A stretch of DNA of 64,000 nucleotides from Octopus sinensis (lineage: Eukaryota). The stretch is from assembly GCF_006345805.1 (NCBI RefSeq), contig NC_043008.1:36642001-36706000 (forward strand), read 5' to 3'. A program made the translations under genes and the position numbers. Position 1 is the stretch's first letter; every line of letters starts with the position of its first letter. Shown here piece after piece: positions 54,337 through 64,000 of this stretch. Under the pieces are notes generated by a model. The model worked only from the letters and a program-made list of their open reading frames with translations, had not been told where the DNA came from and made no database searches.

Positions 54337-55836
54337 TGCTAGAAAACCCTTTAGTGTTCAGTTTACCTTGTGAAATGTAATACTTATTTATTCACATTCA
54401 TTTGAATTAGTCATGCTTTTTCTTGTAGATTTGAGATTTCAATGACATAATTGTTTATTTTTAGATGGATATTGTAAGGTAGGTGTGAGAGACCAGATCC
54501 AGTCAGTTTAAACATAAAACCAGTAGGATATTTTGGCCAGATACGACTGGTTTAAATGGTAAAGGGTTAAAGTTTGCTTAGTGGAATGCCCAGCCATTGG
54601 TGCTACTACCTTTCACCACACAGACCTTAGCTTTACATTTGAAAATGATTTCCTATGCAAAATTTCAGATACCTAGATGCAAAACAACAGCCTTGTTCTT
54701 GGAATATGGATATATACATGGTGGCTGACTCTCACGATCAAGCAAGACCGTCACTGACCACATTGTGCACTTAGATAAAATTATACTTTATACTTGTGGC
54801 TCTGCTGGTGACTAATGAGCCAAGCTCTTATTAAATATTCATGCCTGTGAGTGTTGCAGACCAAGATTTTCCCATCACTCCATTGGTGGTGTGCTTTTGA
54901 GCAGCTCACTTCAATTCACATTCACATGCACGTATGTATGTGTATAGACAACTTTGCGATATTTTTGAGATAAATTCCTTGCAACTATGTTTACAGTGTG
55001 CAGTTTGTCTGCGAATATTGACTCAGTAGAAACTGTTTTATTGTAGTTAATTCTGAAGATGGTTCAAACTGAACCTCACAGAAATTCTCAAACAAAGAAA
55101 CAAATATATAATGTCAAAAAAACAGAATATTTTACATTTAATTAAAAAAGAAATTTCTTTGAAAATATTTCTCCCCCACCTTGAAATACCATAGTAATTT
55201 GCATAATTATTACTTACGAAATATTTTCCTAATCAATATGTTTTTGCAGTGTCTGTTGCAGTTCTTTGTATATTTATATTCTTAGTATTTTCGTTTTTTA
55301 CATAAGAATATAGAAAGTATCAGGAAAGAAGCTAAGATACTACAAGAGTTTTCCTTGTTCCTCTGGGAACAGAAAGAAAGAATGTTTTCTCCCTTTTAAT
55401 TTATACAATTATGATCAATATTTTTGTTGAAGACTCCTGTTTGATCACCAACGACTGTTAGGCTCACTTTCAGCCATAAGCTAAGCTTCTTTTAGTTTCC
55501 ATCTACTCAGTCCGACCACAAGATTTTGATTGTCTTGGGACTATCATGGGCCCAAGATGCTAAGCTGTGGGATTGAACCCAAGAATACATGCCTCTTCTA
55601 TCTTTTAATTGTGTCAATCATTAAACTGTGGTCATGCTGGGGCATCATCTTGAAGAATTTTTAGTTGAACAAATCAATCCCAGCCCTTTTTTTTTTAAAC
55701 CTGGTACTTATTCTATCAGTTTCATTTGCTGAATCGCTAAGTTATGGGAACATAAACACGCCAACATCAGTTGTCAAGTGATAGTAGGGGACAAACACAG
55801 ACGTAATGACACACATACACATGCACACACACGCAT

Positions 55837-55887
<51 letters not shown>

Positions 55888-55893
<6 letters not shown>

Positions 55894-56995
55894 GCGGTGA
55901 ATGAATTGTTGTGTAAATTACTCAAAACTGAAAATAACACTGACATCTCATTTTAACAGATATATTCACCAAAATTACATAAAAATATCTCGAAATACTT
56001 AAAGTGTAAATTTATTCTATAAAATCGCCATTGGCTTCAACCATAGCCTCCAGACGACTTCGGAATCTCCTGTCACTCTTCTGGATGGTCTCCTTGTTTA
56101 AGTTGGTGAATGCTGTCATAATCCTTGCTCGCAGTTCATCTACGGTGTTACAAGGAGTTTTGTTGGTCTCTCACTCAACTGTGCCCACACATAGTAATCA
56201 AGGGGGTTGCAGTTTGGGGAGTCAGGTGGGCAGATGTTAGGGGTGATGTGGTCGCAGAAATTGTCTGAAAGGCAGTGAGCTGGCAGAAATTATAGCATGC
56301 CAGATGAAATGCTTAGCGCTATTTCATCTGCTGCTACGTCCTGAGTTCAAATTCCGCCGAGGTCGACTTTGCCTTTCATCCTTTCGGGGTTGATTAAATA
56401 AGTACCAGCTATGCACTGGGGTCGATATAATCAACTTAATCCCTTTGTCTGTCCTTGTTTGTCCCCTCTGTGTGTAGCCCCTTGTGGGAAGTAGAGAAAT
56501 AAGAAATTGTCTGACAGCCATGGCTGGATTCTCCTGCTTGTGTGGCATGGTGTAGAGTGCTGTTGCCAAACATAGGGTGTTCCAGCAGCCACCCTCTTCA
56601 CCCAGAGCAACACTACCTTCTCCAGCACTTGATGTAGGCCTCCGTGTTGAGTGTAAGGCCATGTGGGAAGATGAATGGAGGCATAACATTGACATTACTA
56701 GTGATCACTCCTTGATTTTTATCACTCTCAGTACATGTCCTCAGATTGCACTATTCTCAGATTGACATCCAAACAGAAATGTTCTCATTGGAGCTTCTGG
56801 CATGAATGCTAAGCAGTACAGCATGTTGTTTGCAAATTTCTGGTAGAGTGAACTGCATCACGGTGCTGATTTTCTCACAGATGGTGCCCAACAGACCCTA
56901 CTATACTGTGTAGCAAACAAAATCAAAAACAAACAATGCGCATGTGCGAAATTAAAAATATGAAATGGTGACAATTTACCCATTGCACCCTGTAT
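55888..56995 (-). mobile_element. Internally deleted DD37D (maT-like) transposon with both TIRs
   Basis: After removing the SINE, the distance from the second catalytic position (QQHS) to NPLD is 37 aa. Ends EAMVEANGDFIE*. TIR-like CAG(G)GTGC..TG..T(A/G)AATTGT at both ends. Confidence 0.82.
56269..56501 (+). mobile_element. SINE family C, full length, with 13-bp TSD, nested in the maT element
   Basis: AGAAATTGTCTGA at 56256-56268 and 56502-56514. B box GAGTTCAAATTCC. Core resembles the MetaSINE domain. Confidence 0.88.
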
Positions 56996-59207
56996 ATACA
57001 ATGAGCTTCTTTGAGATCCTGTCTACCAAATCCACTCACAGGGCTTTGGTTGGCCCAAGGATCTAGTAGAAGACACTTACCCAAGGTGCTACACAGTGGG
57101 ACTGAATCCAGAACCATGTTTTTGGGAAGCAAGCTTCTTATCACACAGCCACATCTGTGCCTAAGTCAGTAAACTTTTATAGATTCATTACAGGTAGAGA
57201 ATATCATCAACTGAATAATTAACAAAATAATACAGATTCTGGTGAATCGCTAGAAGAGTTGTTAATCACAAATGTGTCAACTGAGGCTCCGTTCAGTGTC
57301 AATCCAGATTCTTCTTTCATTTGACTCACAGTTAATTTACTTTTATGGGGATCCAATGCTCCCAAGATACCCAGCACACATGCAACATGTAGAACAAACA
57401 TGAAGATCTTCTGTTTGAAGCCTATGAAATGATTTTATTTTTCTGACTCCATGGAAAATCTCTGTTAACGTGAAATATTCCTGCTGATTACCACAAATAG
57501 AATACAATTTTCCAAAAGCGTAAACAAAGCTGATCATGTCTGCAACCTTCAAAAGGATCACCTATTTTCCTTCTTGACCATTTTCTTTTGTTTCAGGTAT
57601 AATATGAAGTAACTTGATAATAAAGCAATCTTTGAAGAAATCTGTTGTCTTGGTAAATTAAAAAGAATGCTGTACTTTGCATTGCTAGAGTTTATTGAAA
57701 GTAACAGAAAAAGCCATGTCGTCTCTCTCTCTGCTTTTTTGCTGTCTGTGTTCAAGTAGATTAGTGTACACAGTTTCATGTATGTGTTTATATGTATGCT
57801 TGTGTATGTATCCATGCTTGTGTGTATGTGTGTGTGTGCCATTCAGCTGGTTGCTATATTCATATCAACAGAAGACTTCCTTGTCAGTCAGCAACTTTTG
57901 GAAATTTTCTTTGATCTATATTTGCTCTTTCTATATTTCCTCTAATTCTCTTTCTGTCATCTCTGTCTCTGTCCATTTCTCGCTCTCACTCTATCTCTGT
58001 CCATTTCTCTCTCTCTCTCTCTCCTTGTTTTGTCCATCTGTAATTGTCTGTCTGCTTGTTTCTCCCACTTTGACACCGACAATAATTCAGCCAACCTGGA
58101 ATCCTTTGCAAACCCACCCCACACAGAGATTCACAATTACCAAACAGAAACAGAAGAGGAGCAAACTAAATATCACCAAAGAGTATTTAGTTTCATACCA
58201 TTACATTCAGAGTTCAAATCCATTTAAGACCTTGTTAAAAAAAAAACAAAAAAAAATACTGTTTGATTTGAAGAAATCATTGATGTCATGCCTCTAAAAA
58301 TTTAATGGAAATATTTCAGTGGAATATATTGTATGTCATGAGGAGGAGGAGGAGGCAGTCTGACGTTTTGGACAGTTATCTTTCATCAAAAAGGGAGAGA
58401 AAGTGTAAAAAAAAAGTAATAAAGGTGATAAGGATCTACTTTGGCTTTTGCCCACTGGTTTATTTAAGTTCTGTGCATGTGGATACCTGCACAGATGCTT
58501 TGAAACAAGTGCATCAAAGAAATTAATGTTTGCATGAAATTTAGAGTCCTGAAATAATGTAGTAATTAACCATTATATTTATTGTATATTCAGTGCTCAT
58601 ATACTTTTATCAACTTCTTCTTCTTCTTCTCCTCCTCCTCCTCCTTCGTCACCATCATCATCTTCATTGCCATTATTGTCATTACCATCCTCATCATTCT
58701 CATCATTATTGCCGTTCTCGTTTGTATGTCGGCTTTTTCTATGCTGGCATAGGTGAGATGGAACTGTTCAAAAGCAGAATTTTCACCACTGCTTGACAGC
58801 AGGTGTCGGTTTGTTTATATCCCTATATCTTCAGAGTTCAGCAAAAGCCACCGATAGAACAAATACATGACTCGAAAGTAAATATTGAGGGGTTGGGTGG
58901 TGGGGTCCAATGTATTTGACTAAACCCTTCAAGATGGTGCACCAGCATGGCCACACTCTGGTGACTGGTACAGGCAAAACAAACTAACCTTTCCCCTTGT
59001 AAAGATTGCATCTGTGTTTAAGCAAAAAAAAATCTTTATTGTTTAATCAAAGTAAAGGCAAGTGCAATGCTGTGACATTGTAACCTTTTGATATTACTTA
59101 TTGTTGTTCTTAATGTTAATGTCAGTGTTGTTTTTTTTGTTTTTTTTTAGTACACATTTCAACTTGTGTTTTTGTTGTTGATGTTTATGCTTTTGTATAT
59201 AGATGTT

Positions 59208-59297
59208 TATGTATGTTTATGTATGTATATATGTATGAATGTATGTATGCATGCATGTATGTATGTATGTATGTATGTATGTAAGTATGTATGAATG

Positions 59298-59361
<64 letters not shown>

Positions 59362-59590
59362 CATGCATGTATGTATGTATGTATGTATGTATGTATGTAT
59401 GCATGCATGTATGTTTGTATGTATGTATGTATGTAATGTATGTATGTATGTTTGTATGTATGCATGTATGTATGTATGTATGTATGTATGTATGTATGTA
59501 TGTATGTATGCATGTATGCATGCATGCATGTATGTATGTTTGTATGTATGTATGTATGTATGTTTGCATGTTTGTATGTATGTATATTTG
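59208..59590. repeat. (TATG)n microsatellite
   Basis: Direct reading. Confidence 0.95.
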
Positions 59591-59849
59591 TATAAAAAAA
59601 CTCTTGCTTCAGTTAATGTTGATGTGTTTTTATTTTTGCTGTTATTGTTGTTGTGGTTGTTGTGGTCACTTGTTGATTTATGTGGTTAATGTTTGAAGTG
59701 AATTTGTGTTTGTTGTTGTTAGCTGTGACTTACGGTGATTGATGTCCTTTTGTTTTCATTGTGAGTGAGAATTGGTGTTGCTATCATTACCCACTGTTGT
59801 TATTGTTTTTGTTGTTGTTAATTGATTTGTTTTGTTATTGTTTTCATTG

Positions 59850-60260
59850 TTGTTTAGCCCTGGGTCAGCCTTGATTGAACTGACATATGATCAAAGTCAT
59901 TCCAGCCTTTATTTTTCTATTCTTGCACACACCTACCTGAGTGATGTTCAGGTATTATTTCTAGCAGGCCAGGCAACCACATAGGAGTTTCCTTATGTTG
60001 TTGTTAGTATTCTGTTGTACATGTTAGTATTAGTGTCAGCAATGTATCATGGTTATTGTTGTTGTTGTTGTGTAACTGTAGGTAAACCCTGATTGGGCAG
60101 AACTATGATAAAAGCATTCCTGCCATGACCATCTTGTTTGTTTTTCTTTTTATGTGTTATCTACTCTGTGTCCTCCCTTTTTTTAAAAAAAATATAAGAT
60201 GGTGGTAGGGTGGTGTTGGTTTGAGGGAGATCTAGCTGTTATTTCTACCAGGTATAACCT
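59850..60260. repeat. Dispersed repeat family E, two adjacent copies (others ~5140-5210, 5515-5700, 41790-42010, 44300-44480, 44570-44780, 61325-61400)
   Basis: Shared (GTT)n-GTTTAGCCC..GGTCAG..TATGATCAAAG..CATGACCATC..GCTATTTCTAGCA motifs. Probably an old retroposon tail. Confidence 0.55.
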
Positions 60261-60831
60261 GCTATAAATTACAGTCAGACTTACTACTGATAGCTTGCTA
60301 CGGTGGCAAAGCAAAAATTCCACTCACCACCACCACCACCACCATCACCACCACCACCACCACCACCATCACCACCACCACCACCACCACCACCACCATC
60401 ACCACCACCATCACCACCACCACCACCACCACCACCATCACCACCACCACCACCACCACCACCACCACCACCACCATGATGATCACCATCACTTCCACCG
60501 TAATGACAACAATGACAACCACTGCCACCACCACCACCACCACCATTGTCATCACTACTACCACTGCTGCTCCAACTGGCCATACCATCGCAGACTATCA
60601 GCACCATCAGTGCACACTACCACAACAAACAACTACACCTACCACACCACAACAGACCAGCCTACCTTTCTCCTCCGAAGTCACTACAAACACCGTCTTT
60701 GAATCAGAAGTGTTGTGTTTATTATGTGTGAGTGTGTGTGTGTGTGTGTGTGAGTATGAATATATATATGCACACAAATCAAGTATCATACGTATTGATT
60801 TCATTTCATATATATATGTATATATGTATAT

Positions 60832-60960
<129 letters not shown>

Positions 60961-61833
60961 GTATATGTTTGTGTCTGTGTCTGTGTATGCACACAGTATA
61001 CACAGGCAGGCACACACATATATGAAATCAATATATCAAAATATGAAACACAATATTTTGATTGAATAGAGGAAAAACAAAGAGAAAGAAAGAAAGAAAG
61101 AAAGAAAGACAAAAAAGCAAAAAAAAAAAAGCAAGGATTATGAGAACCATTAAATTCACTTCAAGCGAGACTTTGATGTTATTTGCCTTTCAACACCAAT
61201 GAATCATTAAAATTAAATTATACTATTGTTAAACCTTGCCTTGATTAAATCAATTATTTTCTTCCCCACCATTAATTGTCCGTCATGATGTTATTGTTGT
61301 TGTTGTTGTTGTCGTTGTTGTTGTTTACCCACAGGTCAGAGTCCTGGTTTGTGCAGACCTTTGATGAAAATCGTATCAAACACAACCGTCCCATCTTTTT
61401 TTTTTTAATATATCAAGGAAATAGATTTTTTTTTCTCTGTTTTCTGTTTCATGGAGGGAGGGCCTCCATTTGGTCAGTCTTGACCTCACTTCTGAACATG
61501 TATCATTTTTGCCTTTTACCTTCCATTTGTTTCAGTCAATGGACTGCTGCCATGCTGGAGCACCAGCTAGAAGGGTCTAGTTGAGCAAATCAACCCCTGT
61601 ACTTCTTTTTAAACCTGGTCCTTATTCCATTGGTCTCTTTTTACCAAACTGCAAAGTTACAGGTGCACTAACAAGCCAATATCAGTTGTCATGTGGTGAT
61701 GAATGGCGAACACAAACACAGACTCAAACACATAGATGCATATGTACACACACACAAACACAGATACACATGCACACATATATGAAATTAAATAAATGGG
61801 AAAGGAGCAGGAAATTATGCAATCAACTTCATT

Positions 61834-61914
61834 AGCTTACAGCTGTTTCTGCTATAAGAGGCAATGCAGTCAGAGCTGAGTGCTTTTGCATCACCTTAGA
61901 GCTTTGTCAGAGCT
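61834..61914 (-). ncRNA. Degenerate hammerhead motif with long stem II (PLE pLTR-like)
   Basis: AGCU CUGACAA [AGCUCUAAGGUGAUGCA..UGCAUUGCCUCUUAUAGCA] GAAA CAGCUG UA^AGCU. Palindromic stem III, G8A core change. Confidence 0.5.
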
Positions 61915-62301
61915 TTAAAAAATGAAATGCAAATTTATTTGGCAACTCATTTCCATACACAATGGGATTCTTTTGGGTTCTGTCTACCAAATCCACTTAC
62001 AAGTTTTTGGAGAGCTCAGGGCTATACTGAACCCAAGACCACAGTTTTTTTTTCATTAACAGAGAGACACTGGTAGTCATTCTTGCATGTAAGTAAGTCT
62101 TCTTTCTCCATGCTTCTTATATTTATCCATAAAGAATGTTTCTGATTTGGGTGAGAAGATCTTGATACCAGTGTCATCATAGACTTTGCTGCTGGTGTGC
62201 AAAAAGCTAGAACAGAATTTCCAAATATGGTACTGTGTGATTTAAGTGAAAATCATGCTTGAGTGCTATTTTTAGCAGGCTGACTGACCACAAAATCAAG
62301 T

Positions 62302-62332
<31 letters not shown>

Positions 62333-63301
62333 TATTAACCTTGTTTGGAAACAGGTGATGGTTGGTGACAAGAAGGACATCCTGTCATAAGAAATTTACC
62401 TCAACAAATACTATCTGACTTATACAAGCAGGGAAAAGTGGACAGTAGATGTTGATGATATATATATATATATATATAATAATAATTGTAGGGAATATAA
62501 TTCTAAACTTACAGGGAAAAATTCAATTTAGCAATTCCAAATCAAATTTCACAATATATAATATATGTATATAAGTAAGAGAAATAACCTCTATTAAGTA
62601 ATTCAATAGTAAAAGATTTTATCTATATCATATAGAAAAAATTAAATATACTATAAATATTATTCTAAAAATCACTAAATTAAATAAACATTATATGTGT
62701 GCATGTATAATATATATATATATATATATATATAGATGTGTGTGTGTATGTATTTTATATATGTGCATGTGTATCTTCATGTTTATTCCCCAACTTCTTA
62801 GCAACCAGTATTGGTTTGTTGGCATCCCTGTAACGATATTGATACAGTAAGTAATAGACTTAGAAAATGTATTGCAGTCACTCTATTCAACTGAAACCTG
62901 TTAAGGTGGTACTCTAGTATGGCCACAGTCCAGTGACTGACACAAGTGAAAGAAAATAAAAGAAAAGAAGAAAAAAGTGCCAGTGTTGCATATTATACCA
63001 AAGTGGACTGATGCCAGATTTATATAAAACTGCCTTCATGGTATGTGTAGAAGCTTTATTATGGAAATAGAAATGGAGAAAGAGTTCCACATTTATATAT
63101 ATCCTCCTAGTTCTCCTATTTTGTAGATGCAAATTTCCAATTATTCTGAAATCCCAAAAAGCTAGAAATATTTCTGGTTCCAAGATTTTTGTATACAGGA
63201 TTATCAAATGAATAAAGTTTCATCCAATGTGTTGTGTTCAAATTTTGGTAAGACAGAATTTTCATTTCGTTCCTCCGGGTTGAATAAAATGAATATTTGT
63301 A

Positions 63302-63680
63302 ACGGATGGATGGAAGCACTCCGTCGTTTATGACGACGAGGGGTTCCGGTTGATCCGAATCAATGGAACAGCCTGCTCATGAAATTAACGTGTAAATGGC
63401 TGAGCACTCCACAGACACATGTACCCTTAACGTAGTTCTCAGGGATATTCAGCGTGACACAGAGAGTGACAAGGCCGGCCCTTTGAAATACAGGTACAAC
63501 AGAAACAGGAAGTAAGAGTGAGAGAAAGTTGTGGTGAAAGAGTACAGCAGGGATCACCACCACCCAAGGCCGGAGTTTCGTGGAGCTCAATAAACACTCA
63601 CAATGTCCGGTCTGGGAATCGAAACCGCGATCCTATGACCGCGAGTCCGCTGCCCTAACCACTGGGCCATTGCGCCTCCA
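63302..63680 (-). mobile_element. tRNA SINE, head H1 + tail T1
   Basis: Head shared with the 34929 copy. 3' ~190 bp shared with 14340-14520. Confidence 0.85.
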
Positions 63681-64000
63681 CATACTTGTAATATGCTGGG
63701 GTTGGTTGTTGTAGTAATAGGTACTGGGAATAAATACAGCAAGGAGACTACACAACATGTGTTTAATTACTTTGGCCCTTTAACGTTTAGATTATTCTGT
63801 CAGATGTCATGTTCATTTACTCTTTTACTTGTTTCAGTCATCTGACTGTGGCCATGCTGGAGCACCGCCTTTAATCGAGCAACTCGACCCCAGGACTTAT
63901 TCTTTTGTAAGCCCATTACTTATTCTATCGGTCTCTTTTGCCAAACCACTAAGTAACGGGAACATAAACACACCAGCATCGGTTGTCAAGCAATGCTAGC

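Overview
Eukaryotic, AT-rich, microsatellite-dense genomic DNA. The SINE, RTE and mariner repertoire suggests an octopus or other cephalopod (inference, no search run). The only confidently supported host gene is DPH5 (diphthine methyl ester synthase) on the + strand. Five internal GT-AG exons (5033-5093, 6320-6383, 10043-10151, 24917-25037, 27845-27884) splice in frame to [133 protein letters not shown] did not find the first or last coding exons in the window, so nearly all of it is probably intron. The rest is tRNA-derived SINEs (at least 3 families), RTE, CR1-group and Dong/R4-like LINE remnants, mariner and DD37D (maT) transposons, TTAA-flanked piggyBac-type MITEs, minisatellites and microsatellites. 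Most ORFs in the supplied track are repeat artefacts. The most interesting signals are: (1) short microsatellite-embedded elements carrying minimal hammerhead-ribozyme motifs, one with a complete U4C-variant core at 54290-54336 (-) and one with core halves in permuted order at 22009-22127 (-); (2) a 1.3-kb near-perfect fold-back centred on a (TA)n run, plus smaller fold-backs; (3) satellites that arose from one RTE LINE 3' end; (4) modular SINE head/tail swapping.
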